From contig OX597818.1 of assembly GCA_951406725.2 (NCBI GenBank), positions 22,754,001 through 22,818,000 on the forward strand: DNA of 64,000 nt, in the 5' to 3' direction. The notes below the pieces were generated by a model that was not told the DNA's origin, ran no database searches, and saw only the letters and a program-made list of their open reading frames with translations. Made by a program: the position numbers and the translations under genes. Source of the DNA: Octopus vulgaris. Its lineage: Eukaryota. Of this stretch, positions 1-11,243 are shown piece after piece. How positions within the stretch are numbered: position 1 is the stretch's first letter; each line of letters starts with the position of its first letter.

Positions 1-324
1 AAAATTACAAAAAAAAATATGGCAGCCAGGCATGAAATTGAACCGTCTTCCACTCTGATTAAAATCTCTACCAGACTGATGCCCTGTCAAAAATGTTATT
101 TCGAAATTTCCGGGGGATTTCGGTAGATCTAACAATTTACTTTTGTCTGTAATTTTTCCTATTTTACTTCTTTTTTTTTCTTCTTTTTGGTGGGGTTTCT
201 TCTTTTTTTCTTTCTTTCCCTTCCAGACTACAGACATACCTCAACTCTTGTTTCCAAGACATACTATTTAACTCGAAAAACAACGTAACACGATAAAACG
301 TATTTTAAAATTTATTAGCTTATA

Positions 325-544
325 CGAAGGGTGCTGAAAACTTGCTGGCTTCAAGGTTATCGCGAGAGGCCTGGTTGGTGGCCCAACCGTTCTTCCGAAT
401 TCTTTTACAGTGCTTAGAAACACTAAAGGACCGCTACAGTATATGTGTGGATCTGAGAGGGGAATATGTTGAATACAATCATAACTAACTAATCCTCCTG
501 TGTTTTCTTTTATCCAAATCCCGGAACTTTTCATCACACCTTCG
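325..544 (+). mobile_element. Mariner-derived MITE (internally deleted), TA target duplication
   Basis: Imperfect TIRs cgaagggtgctgaaaacttgctgg / ccggaacttttcatcacaccttcg flanked by TA. The interior encodes a mariner C-terminus-like CVDLRGEYVE. Related copies at ~860-1025, 9011-9224 and 27522-27714. Confidence 0.8.
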
Positions 545-574
545 TATCTGTTTCAATAAATGATTTGTACCTTA

Positions 575-810
575 GGCGGCAAGCTGGCAGAAACGTAAGC
601 ACGCCGGGCGAAATGCGTAGCCGTATTTCGTCTGCCGTTACGTTCTGAGTTCAAATTCCGCCGAGGTCGACTTTGCCTTTCATCCCTTCGGGGTCGATAA
701 ATTAAGTACCAGTTGCGCAATGGGGTCGATATAATCGACGTAATCTGTTTGTCTGTCCTTGTTTGTCCTCTCTGTGTTTATTTAGCCCCTTGTAGGTAGT
801 ATAGAAACAG
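575..810 (+). mobile_element. tRNA-derived SINE family A (GGCGGCGAGCTGGCAGAA head)
   Basis: A-box-like head, B-box GAGTTCAAATTCC and central GTCGACTTTGCCTTTCATCCYTTCGGGGTCGATAA domain (Meta/MESC-like, from memory). Many copies in the window. Confidence 0.85.
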
Positions 811-857
811 ATATTTTGTCTGTCTTTACGTTCAGAGTTCAAATCCCTGAAAGGTCA

Positions 858-1025
858 GGCTGGAGGCCCAACCTTCTGAGTTCTTTAACAGGGTTTAGAA
901 AAACTGAAGGACCGCTGCCGTATGTGTGTGAATCTGAAAAAGGAATATGTTGAATAAAATTATACTTAACTGACTCTTCTGTATTTTCTTTTACCCAAAA
1001 CCAGGAACTTTACTGTACCCCTCGT
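858..1025 (+). mobile_element. Mariner MITE, 5'-truncated copy
   Basis: Aligns by eye to 375-544, including the right TIR-like end. Confidence 0.7.
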
Positions 1026-1178
1026 GTGTGTGTGTGTGTGTGTGTGTTTTTTTTTTTGTTTTATGTATGTATTCTCATGCACATAGTTGCATATCTAGAC
1101 ATGCTCATTATACTCCAGAAACAGTTGTGAGAATTTCCTCTTTACAAATGTCCTGAAATTTGTCGTCACGTTTTATTT

Positions 1179-1223
<45 letters not shown>

Positions 1224-1257
1224 ACACACACTCACACACACATACATTTATATATAT

Positions 1258-2015
1258 TGGGTCATCCCAATTTAATAATGGGACTCTAATCTAGCAAAAA
1301 CATATGTATTTTAATAAAAAATAATTGTGCACCTGTCATCCATAGGCTTACTATTAAAATTGTTCTATGAATCCACCTTCATTTCAATGCATAGCTGCTT
1401 CTATGCATGACCGGAATCGGTAACATGCCTCCAGTAAATGGTCCGTAATTATTTCGGACATCACCTGGACAATGGCGGCATCCAGTAAAGTTATGATATT
1501 ATGAGGATGTCGATTAATCTCCCTCTGAACATTGTTACAAAAGTAATATTCCATGGGGTTTAAATCAAGATGAATTCTGAGCCCATAAGTTTGGTATTAC
1601 ATGGACGAGTCTTGTTGAAAATACGTATCACCTTCTACTGAGTACTTCACCCACTCACAGTTTAACTACAGTTTCCAGCACCTTAACGTATCCAACAACA
1701 TTAATTCTAAAATTCTGTGGAAAAATGTGAGTTGACCTTCATTACTCACCCCTCCGGAAACCATCACAGTTACTGGAAACTTAATGTGCATCACTTCAGA
1801 GACATCAGAAGGCTCTGCACATAATCACCTGCAATTTCACATGTAAAACTATTGGTCTTTGTTGAAGATTTTTTTCGTCAAAGAACCATAATATTCTCGT
1901 GAGGATTTTAAGTGTGTTAAATAACCGCACGACAAGGATCAAATAGTTCTGCCGTGACTTTACAGACACGAATAATCCTCTCCTCTGTACAAACAAACGT
2001 GTATCGAATGTACTC
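1258..2015 (-). mobile_element. Degenerate Tc1/mariner (DD37D/maT-like) transposase remnant
   Basis: Minus-strand fragments WFFDEKN, YFQQDS, DLNPMEYYF..N.HPHN and ACYRFRSCIEA..EGGFIE, with stops and frameshifts. Confidence 0.75.
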
Positions 2016-2139
2016 AGGCGTCACAGTGCTTCAGGCTCTCTTTGTGTTCTCAGTTCAAATTCTGCCGGGGTCAACTTTACTTTTAATCCTTCCGTAATCC
2101 ATAAAATAAAATACCAGTCAAGAAAGAGTAAAAAAGCAA

Positions 2140-2462
2140 AAGACCCTCTTCGGTCATGAATGACAATAGGATTGCATTTAGAAAGTTCCCCTTCGAGGCA
2201 CAAGTCCGGGCAAGGTGGTTTATAGAATACCAATAGGTACCCATGTATACCAGTCTCCCCTCTCCACGCCACTGATGCCATCCAAGGGAAGAGCAAACGC
2301 TAATACAGCTTGGCACCAGTAACAGTGCAACTCATTTCTACAACTGAGTGAACTAGAGCAACGTGAAATAAAGAACACAACACACAGCCCAGCCCAGCCC
2401 GGGAATCAAACTCACTACCTCAAGATTAACCCGACGCTCTAACCACTAAGCTATGTGCCTTC
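2140..2462 (-). mobile_element. tRNA-derived SINE (family C-related)
   Basis: Minus-strand head GAAGGCACATAGCTTAGTGGTTAGAGCG..GAGTTTGATTCCC. Shares the TTTCACGTTGCTC..CACTCAGTTG core with 2945-3158. Confidence 0.7.
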
Positions 2463-2852
2463 ACTGGAGCCGATTATATGTAAGTAATTCCGCCTTCCAG
2501 CATCAAATTTATGGCTTTGTGCTAATGCTGAAAAGAATTATTTTCTTGTTTACCTCTAATTGCATTTCGTGTTATATGAGAACACAAATACGCCTTCGAT
2601 GTTGCTTATCTCCCTTTTCTCTTGTCTCTCAATATACTCAGCATATTTATTCGTCAACATACTCTGAGATTTTATCTCCCTCTGACGAAAGGTTCTGTCT
2701 CAAACGTTAGACTTCGTTTCTTCCACACAGCACAAAATATATTCCATAGTTTGAATATTTAAAAAATTCTATTTGTCGACATAAAACATTAGTACTTTCA
2801 TCGGGTTCTACCGTTTTACTACTTAGGCAAACATGTGTGAACGTGTGAATGC

Positions 2853-2944
<92 letters not shown>

Positions 2945-2947
<3 letters not shown>

Positions 2948-3158
2948 GCGCGTGGCCTAGTGGTTAGGGTGTCAGCATCATGATCGTAAGACTGGTTTCG
3001 ATTCCTGGACCGGGCGACGCGTTGTGTTCTTGAGCAAAACACTTCATTTCACGTTGCTCCAGTCCACTCAGTTGGCAAAAGTGAGTAACGCTGCGATGGT
3101 CTGGCGTCCCGTCCAGCTGGGGAACACATACGCCATAGAAACCAGGAAACCGGGCCCA
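2945..3158 (+). mobile_element. tRNA-derived SINE family C
   Basis: A box TGGCCTAGTGG, B box GTTTCGATTCC, CORE-like TTGAGCAAAACACTT, then GCGATGGTCTGGCGTCCCGTCCAG. Confidence 0.8.
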
Positions 3159-3285
3159 CTCACAAGGCGTTGGTCGGCCCGAGGCTACAGTAGAAGCCAC
3201 TTGTCCAAGATGCCACGCAGTGGGACTAAAGCCGGAACAATGTGGCTGGTAAACAAGCTACTTAACACATCCCCATTCCTGCGCC
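3156..3285 (-). mobile_element. SINE family B, 5' fragment
   Basis: Reverse complement of the family B head seen at 13746. Confidence 0.75.
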
Positions 3286-3379
3286 TATATATACACACAT
3301 ACACATACATGTACACACACGCATACACACACACACGCACACACACACACACGCACGCACACACACACACTTAAATATA

Positions 3380-3690
3380 GGCGGAGGCATGTCTTTGTGC
3401 TTAATAAGCTCACTCTGCAACCTCGTAGTTTCGGTTTCAGTCCTTTTTGCCTGGCACCTTGGGCTAGTGTCTTCTAGGATGGTGTCAGACAGTGAGTGAA
3501 TTTGGCAAGCGGAAACTGTGCGGGAGCCTGTCGTATACATGTGTGTGTGCGTGTGTGTGTGGGGTCTGTAAGTGTGTCTTTGTAACTCTGTTCCTCCCAC
3601 TCTACTACCGTTTGACAACTGTTGTTGGTTTATTTACCTCCTCATAATGTAGCAGCTTGGCAAAATTCTGTGACTGAAACAAAGATAAAA
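3380..3690 (+). mobile_element. SINE family B, diverged copy
   Basis: GGCACCTTGGGC core, GGAAACTG, internal (TG)n and TGACTGAAAC tail. Confidence 0.65.
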
Positions 3691-3696
3691 GATATA

Positions 3697-3961
3697 CAAT
3701 AATCCTTCGCTATATCGCGGTTCACCTATCGTGGTTCACCTATCGCGGTTTACCTATCGCGGTTCACCTATCGCGGTTTATTATTCAAGCTTACGTCGAT
3801 TCCTCCGTGGGATTGTTTTGCATTTATAATAAAATAAATATATACAAATTATAAAAACAACAGCAAAAAAAAACATACACAGTACAGTTTCTACTTCGCG
3901 GATTTTCACCTATCGCGGGTGTTTTTTTAACGTGACACCCGCGATAGTCGAGGGATTCCTG
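3697..3961. mobile_element. Pogo/Tigger-type MITE with TA TSD and internal 14-mer tandem repeat
   Basis: TIRs caataatccttcgctatatcgcgg / ccgcgatagtcgagggattcctg flanked by TA. TTCACCTATCGCGG is repeated about 4 times at 3721-3778. Confidence 0.75.
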
Positions 3962-4001
3962 TACATATATACACTCACAGATACATATTGTTACTACTGT
4001 C

Positions 4002-4078
<77 letters not shown>

Positions 4079-4822
4079 ATCTATCTGTCTGTCTGTCTGT
4101 CTTTCCATTTATCTGTCTATCTATGTCTGTCTGTCGGTACGCCCCTCTATCTAAGCACATACATTTTCCACTCTCTTTCACAAAGTTCCCCGACTTTCTG
4201 TGTCTCTGGCTTCCTCTCAGTCGCTCCCCTGCATTCTTTTGCTCCACATTCCTACATCTCAACCTTCTCGACTTTTCAAATATTCCCTTCAATAATGAAC
4301 TCTCGCTCAGCCCCTACCCAACTCAACTCAACTCAACATAACACCAACCTCCACCGAACCTACCACCTCTCTTTACTCCGCTATCCAATTCCATCTAAAC
4401 TCTATAGAAAATTCTTACTTATATTTATTCCTATACATATTTCTATCCTGTTGAATGTAAAATGTCTCTCTCTTCACATTTTGATGTCCAATGGGAGATA
4501 TTTATGGCTGAGTTGTATGGCTATGAGCTAATTCGCATACATATGCGCATGCGCATTCACACTCACGCGTAAACATAAACCTGCGCGCATCCACACACAC
4601 ACACACACACATATATCATATTTATATATATAATGTATGTATATACATATTATATACACGTGTGTATGTATGGTTTAATTATGTCTGTGGAAAATTGTAT
4701 ACACATAATTTTCAAGATTCACCTCGGTATGCGTTCACTGCCTGTCTATGTGTATATAAGTGTTTGTGTGTTAATATTTGTGAATAATATATCATCTTAT
4801 TTTACGACCATCTTTATTTTCT

Positions 4823-5479
4823 TTATATATTGGCGAGTTTCAGGAAAGGCATCCAGTATCTGCATGCATTCATCGTCCCCTTCTCTCCTTTCTTTTTTCT
4901 CCTCCCTTTTCTTCTTCTTCTTCTTCTTCTTCTTCTTCTTCTTCTTCTTCTTCTTCTTCTTCTTCTTCTTCTTCTTCTTCTTCTTCTTCTTCTTCTTCTT
5001 CTTCTTCTTCTTCTCAAAGTCGTTGTCGTCATTACTGTCATCATGGTCGTCATCATCATCATAGTCATCATCATCATCATCATCACCACCACCACCACCA
5101 CCACCACCGCTACTGCCACTACCACTATCATCATCGTCGTCGACATCCTCTGCCCCTCCTCCTCTGCCACCTCCTCTACATCCTTCTCCTCCTGCTCCTC
5201 ATTCTTTTCCTGCTGCTGATCTTCCACCGTCTCCTCCACCTCCTCCTCCTCCTCCTCCTCCTCATCATCATCATCATCGTCATCACTTTTCAACATGTTT
5301 CCCTTGGTTGCTTTGGGTTGCTCTGACATGCCTTCCACGAAGTATATTCTTCCACCACCGCCCAAGCCACTACCGCTGTCACCGTCATCAGAACTCATGT
5401 GTAAATTGTTTTTATCCATGAGGCCCAATATCTCGAGCTCTGATCGTCACAAATTCTTTTCAAAAACTTTCTCTCTCCT
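4823..5479 (-). other. Candidate exon with acidic, low-complexity ORF (ATG at 5419)
   Basis: Good acceptor CTAAC..CCTTTTCACCTTTAG ending at 5480. ORF MDKNNLHMSSDDGDSGSGLGGGGRIYF... runs into trinucleotide repeats. No recognisable domain. Confidence 0.3.
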
Positions 5480-6150
5480 CTAAAGGTGAAAAGGTGTAGG
5501 TTAGTTGGATTCACAATGTTTGTCCCTCACACAGACACATGCATACAAATGCACACACATGCACACATACATATTTTTGCACACGCATACGCGCACTCAC
5601 ATCACTGGATGTAAATGGTTCCTCACGATATTCTCACAACTTATATATATATATCGTTTTTGGATTTGGTTTGCAAGATTCTTTATATGAGTTCGTGTGT
5701 TGAAGCATATTCTGTTGTGTCTGTTCTTTTGGTGCCTTATAATGGAGACACGGGTCCACACATATAGAGATGCACATCCATACATAAAAACATGGCACAT
5801 AGTTGCAAAACACACACACACACACACATGCACATACAAGGAGACAGAGGTGCATACATAAAACACACGCTCACACACACATACATAGAAAATACACAAA
5901 CACAGACATGAAAGCACATGAATATGCAAAATACATACATACAGATGCACACACATACATACATACATATATACATATGCATACATGCACATATATACAT
6001 ACACACATATGCATACATAGATACACACACACACACACACACACACATATACGTACATGCATGCATAGGCATACACACAGACACTAACCCACACACATGT
6101 GCACAAACAAACAAAAAGGAACGCAATGTGAAAAACGGACAGAGTCAAGA

Positions 6151-6187
6151 CTATTGAAAAGGTTGCAAGACGCAACGAAAATTTTAG
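6151..6187 (+). ncRNA. Possible minimal type I hammerhead, U3-A8 core variant
   Basis: cta-TTGAAAA-g-gttgc/gcaac-GAAA-attt-tag. Stem I is only 3 bp. Confidence 0.35.
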
Positions 6188-6289
6188 GAAAATAAAAATA
6201 AGAAATAAGTGGAAATTTTACCGGTGAGTGTGTTAAGTTATAAGACACAAAAAGAAAATGATTCTCCCCAGACACAACAGTGTATATTT

Positions 6290-6545
6290 TAGCCGAAGTC
6301 GCGTCTCGCCTTCACCTTCGAAACGCGGAGTAGATGAAGCCATGGCGACTGAAGAAGGGGAATTATCCTTGTGTTATTTGTCCTGTACTCTATTTTTTCG
6401 TTGTTTAAGAAAAATGTCCAGTTCCTTGGTTTTGTGTTTATGTTTTCGTTTCTCATTGTGTTCGACGTTTTTTTGGTGTCCTGTATCCATATATGCATGT
6501 AGATGTAGGTACGTACATATATGTATGTATCTATGCATATGTTTT
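6290..6545 (+). mobile_element. PLE pseudo-LTR-like repeat, family 1
   Basis: Near-collinear with 9745-10005 and, inverted, with 55975-56156. Carries the HHR motif and sits among microsatellites. Confidence 0.6.
6300..6360 (+). ncRNA. Non-circularly permuted hammerhead ribozyme motif (family 1)
   Basis: cgcgT-C-tcgcc..ccttc-GAAA-cgcg..ggcga-CTGAAGA-agggg. Stems III and I are Watson-Crick; stem II pairs with G-U wobbles. Confidence 0.7.
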
Positions 6546-6605
6546 ATTTATTAATTTGTTATTACACGACAGAACGCACGCATCCATTTCTAAGTAAGTT
6601 TGTTC

Positions 6606-6636
<31 letters not shown>

Positions 6637-6639
6637 ATA

Positions 6640-7022
6640 TAGGGAGAGAATTCACACAAAAAAAGCACAAAAGACAAAGACAGGTGGTGTAGACAACAAA
6701 CAGATGTATTAGTCTTTAACGAAGCAACCCATACCAACCAAGGGAAACATGTTGAAACATCTATGATGACAATGATGATGATGAGGAGGAGGAGGAGGAG
6801 GAGGAGGAGAAGGAGGAGTAAGAGAAGGAGGAGGTAGTGGAGGAGGAGTAGCAGCAGCACGAAGAGGAAAAGGTCTTTAACGAAGTGAAAAAGTCTTTAA
6901 CTTTTCGAGCCTACGCTCTTCCACAGAAAGGAACACAGACAGAAACAAGGAGAGAAGATAAAGAATGTTTAGTGGCTAGCGATCTATCATGGCGAATGAT
7001 ATATATATATATATCATGGCGA
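6640..7022 (-). mobile_element. PLE pseudo-LTR-like repeat, family 3
   Basis: Shares GACAGGTGG..AAACAG..TATTAGT and TTTCGAGC..CTCTTC..CAGAAAG with 22240-22450 and 9340-9505 (inverted). Its first part also recurs at 44235-44310. Confidence 0.55.
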
Positions 7023-7029
7023 AGGTCTA

Positions 7030-8241
7030 ATGAAGGTGAAAATTGGACTAAGAATGATACTAATAGTAATAAAAATAAAAATATACCTATTACTAATAGA
7101 TACAGGAATGGCCTTGCATTTAGTACATCAAGTCAAGCAACAAATTGTAATCCCATTATTAATACTAAGTCTAGGATTCGTCAAGTTACCTGGTTTGCCC
7201 CTCCTTTTTCATTAAGGGTGAAAGGTTTACCAAAGCTATTTTTTAAGTAATTGAAGGAAAATTTCCCAAAACACCACAAATACTATTCAATATGTAACAA
7301 GTCAACAATCAAGTTGGCCTACTCAGTCACTCCCAATGTCGGATCTATTATTGCTTCGTTGAACAGAAGTAAAATAAGGCGCTATAATGATAGAAATGAT
7401 AACAGAGGCTTTAATGGAAAATTCATTAATGACATAGAAGATAGTAGTAATATTAATAGTACGTCTTCTGAAATCGATTATGAAGGGCATCTTGGAATGA
7501 CAAATAATGCAAATAGTAGAAATAATCATAATAATGATGTTGGTGATGATATTAGTGATTATAATGATAATCAGGGTGGTAATAATAGTGTTAATTGTAG
7601 TGATAATCGTAATAAAAATATTAGTAAAAATAAAAATAAAAATAAGAATGATGGTAATAGTAAGAATAACAATAGAATAAATATACCGGAAAATAGTACG
7701 AACGATGGTGTAAATGATATGGTGGATCGTAGTACTGGGAGGGGGCATGGTTTCGGAGTGATCAGTAATGTGAGACCCCGTAGCAGGTTGAAGAAATGTA
7801 ATTGTAGGGACCCATCAGTATGTCCGATTAACGGAAATTGTCGTCAGGAAAATGTAGTTTATAAATGTAGTGTTGAGGTACAAGGAGGCCAGAGAAAAAT
7901 GTATATTGGAAGCACAGTAGACTTTAAGCAGAGGTACCGATCCCACCTGAGCCCTTTCAACAATCCTAAATATAGGACCTCTACAACTTTGGCATTACAT
8001 GTTAATGACCTTAAGGAGAGGAATGTTGAATTTAAAAATATCATGGGATATCCTTGCGCATGCCTCTTATAGAATTGGGTCCACTAGATGCGGTTTATGC
8101 ATAAGGGAAGCATATACTATATTGAAAAATTACAACGACGCAGTGTTAAATAAGTTTACTGATGCAATACCAGCGTGTACGCATAGGATCCGCTCGACGT
8201 TCCATAAGAAATTTAGAAATAGAAATAGCAATAAAAGTTAG
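7030..8241 (+). pseudogene. 5'-truncated Penelope-like element ORF (Naiad-like) with C-terminal GIY-YIG endonuclease
   Basis: TWFAPPFS linker, CNCRDPSVCPINGNC Zn knuckle, VVYKC..MYIGST..FKQRY.SH, CGLC..E, LN and CTH motifs. In-frame TAA at 7248 and a frameshift near 8035-8040. RT core absent. Confidence 0.88.
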
Positions 8242-8650
8242 AGCTAAGCAATAATAATTGAATTAAATTTAGTAAGCATTGTAAGTAGTAAATGAAATAA
8301 AACTAAAGTAATTTAATTATTAAAAGAAAAATTATTAAAAGAAAAAATAGCTATTAGTATAAAATGTGTCAAGGACTTGAACCCGAATATGTGGATTTGC
8401 ATGTATGTGAGAATTTAAAAGATTGAAATAAAATAAAATAAAATAAAATAAAATAAGTGCAGAAGTGGAATGGTCTAGATGGCGCTTCGTGCATACCATT
8501 TACAATGGCTGCTGGGTCGAATTATATGCGTTATAAGTAGCATTCAGAATCGGAGAAAATTTTCTGGGAGCACCTAATGTCTCGGTTCTGAATATGGCCG
8601 GTATGTGATTGTGTATTTGTTAACGTTTACTATGTGTTGTATGTATAGGA

Positions 8651-8735
8651 CATCCTGATGAGGCGAGTGCCAATTTTAAGTATATGATATGTCTAATAAT
8701 ATTAATTGGCGCGTCTCCGAAACGGCCCGTAGATG
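8651..8735 (+). ncRNA. Type I hammerhead ribozyme in the PLE 3' region
   Basis: catc-CTGATGA-long stem II (gtgccaatt/aattggcgc)-GAAA-cggcccg-TA-gatg. Core intact, cleavage triplet GUA at 8729-8731. Confidence 0.85.
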
Positions 8736-8779
8736 GGCTTCTGTGTATCTTTGTAAACTTGTATAATTATTATCTTCTA

Positions 8780-8934
8780 TGTACTCGTTCGCCAAAACTT
8801 TCTCTCACTCTTTCTTCTGTTGGCCTGCTCCCTTAGCCAGCGGGGTGGCGTCATTTGAAGGCTGAAACAATGCGAAGCGCATTGTGACCAGCGATGTGTA
8901 GCAACATCTGATAGCCTGGTTGGTCGCGGTGATA
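8780..8934 (+). mobile_element. SINE family D, 3' half
   Basis: Matches the reverse complement of 17104-17262. Confidence 0.8.
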
Positions 8935-8938
8935 TATA

Positions 8939-9010
<72 letters not shown>

Positions 9011-9012
<2 letters not shown>

Positions 9013-9224
9013 AGGGGTGCTGAAATGTACTTGGCTTTGCGTTAAAGAAAATACAAGAGGATCAGTTACTTATGATTTTATTCAACATATTCCTCTCTCA
9101 GATTCACACTTATTGCATCGACCCTTCAGTTTTTCTAATCCCTGTTGAAGAACTCGGAATAGCGGTCCTCCAAATAAGTCTTTCGCGTTACTCTTAAAGC
9201 CAGGAACTTTTCAGCATCCCCTCG
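9011..9224 (-). mobile_element. Mariner MITE copy
   Basis: TIRs gaggggtgctgaaa / tttcagcatcccctc. Inverted homolog of 325-544. Confidence 0.8.
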
Positions 9225-9253
9225 TGTGTATGTGTGTGTGTGTGAGAGTGTGT

Positions 9254-9324
<71 letters not shown>

Positions 9325-9750
9325 CGAGCGCATTGATTGTGTTGAACCGTTAATCTCTACACATTGTTTTCTTTCCGTTTTTCTTTTCCTCTGAAGAGCG
9401 TATGTTCGGTCGTAAGACTTTTCCATTCTCCCCAACGTTAAACTAATACACGTGCTTGTTGTTCCTACACCTGTCTTCATCTTTTGTTTTCTGTAAATTT
9501 GAACTATATGTATATATATATATATAAAATCTGTTTCTCAAAAAATAGCGTTCGTAAAATTTTTTTATCTCGTTTGGCTTAACAGCCCTCCTTGTTTGTG
9601 CTACTGTTATTCTCCGTTGTCCTGTCCTTTACTGTTTATATTTTGTACTGTCGTTACTGTCCTGTTTTTGTTACCATTTTTACCCCTCCGCAAAAAAATC
9701 TCAAATTTTATTTAATTTGATTTCCGCGTGAAGGAAAATTTCATTGAAGT

Positions 9751-9811
9751 CATGTATCGCCTTGACCTTCGAAACGTGGAGTAGATGAAATTAAGGCGAC
9801 TGAAGAAGGGG
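9751..9811 (+). ncRNA. Non-circularly permuted hammerhead motif (family 1, second copy)
   Basis: catgT-A-tcgccttga-ccttc-GAAA-cgtg..ttaaggcga-CTGAAGA-agggg. Stem I extends to 9 bp. Confidence 0.72.
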
Positions 9812-10681
9812 AATTTTCCTTGTTTTGTATGTCCTGTACTCTATTTTTTCGCTGTTTAAAAAAATGTCCATTTCCTTGGTTTTGTGTTTATGTTTTCGTT
9901 TCTCATTGTGTTCGACGTTTTTTTGGTGTCCTGTACCCATATATGCATGTATATATACATGTAGAGGTAGGTACGTACATATATGTATGTATATATGCAT
10001 ATGTTTTAGTTATTTATTTATATATATATATGTATATGTATATGTGTGTGTGTGTGTGTGTGTGCATACACATATGTATGCATATATAGATGCTGTGTGC
10101 GTGTTTGTGTGTCGTATGATTTTCAACAAGTAGTGTAGCACTCGATCAGTTAAATGAGTGAAAATATTAATATAATAAAAGAACACAAAAAGCCTAAAAA
10201 GCCTTGTGAGAAAGTCAATTGCTAAACCGTCTTGTTGTTTTTAACAGCTTGATAAATGGCGAAATGAATTAATATCTCGGCTAGGAAGCCTTGTATAGCC
10301 GTATTTCACAATACTTTTTTGTGGATTATATAACAAGAACAACAACAGCAGCAACAACAACAATAACAACAACAACAACAACAGTAGTAGTAGTAGTAGT
10401 TATATATAAACGCAGGCGTGGATGTGCGGTAAGAAGCTAGCTTTCCAACTACGTAGTTCCGGGTTCAGTCCCACTGCTTGGCACCTTGGGCAAGTGCCTT
10501 CTACTAAAGCCTTGGGACGACCAAAGCCTTGTGAGTGGATTTAATTGACGGAAACTGAAAGAAGCTCGCCGTATACATACATACATATATCTATACACAC
10601 ATACACACATACATACACACATACATACATACATACATACATACATACATACATACATACATACATACATACATGCATGCA

Positions 10682-10751
<70 letters not shown>

Positions 10752-10784
10752 TGAGAAAGTTGGTGTGTGAAAGCAAGTGGTTGA

Positions 10785-11243
10785 ATATATAGAAAATAGT
10801 AAAAAGTGAAAAAACTACAGAAGGCTTGTTTTAAAAGGTTAAAAAATATATATTTGAGTCATTATGTCAGAAGAATGTTATAAATTTTTTTCATACAATG
10901 ACATAGTTTTTGAAGAAATGACCGGTTTCGCGTTCAGCTTTTCAAATTTCTTACATCGTTTTGTTTTCGTTGAGAAGTGTAAAGAAATATTAAGCGATTA
11001 TCTCCCTTACACCAGAAGAAATCACTTATTACATCCCCTTATCTGGAACTCTTCTTTACACTTCTCAACGAAAACATAACGATGTAAGAAATTTGAAAAG
11101 CTGAACGCGAAACCGGTCATTTCTTCAAAAACTATGTCATTGTATGAAAAAAATTTATAACATTCTTCTGACATAATGACTCAAATATATATTTTTTAAA
11201 CTTTTAAAACAAGCCTTCTGTAGTTTTTTCACTTTTTACTATT

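Noticed and set aside
195-280. Plus-strand polypyrimidine tract with CAG at 226
   Set aside because: No convincing donor or ORF; such tracts are common here.
2678-2712. CTGACGA..CAAACGTT hammerhead-like motif
   Set aside because: G12 is replaced by C and the stems are weak; at best a dead relic.
3710-3780. Short regular repeats resembling a CRISPR or iteron array
   Set aside because: A tandem 14-mer without spacers inside a eukaryotic MITE.
7790-8185. Selenocysteine recoding, reported for some Naiad PLEs
   Set aside because: The conserved Cys positions are ordinary Cys codons and the only in-frame stop is TAA.
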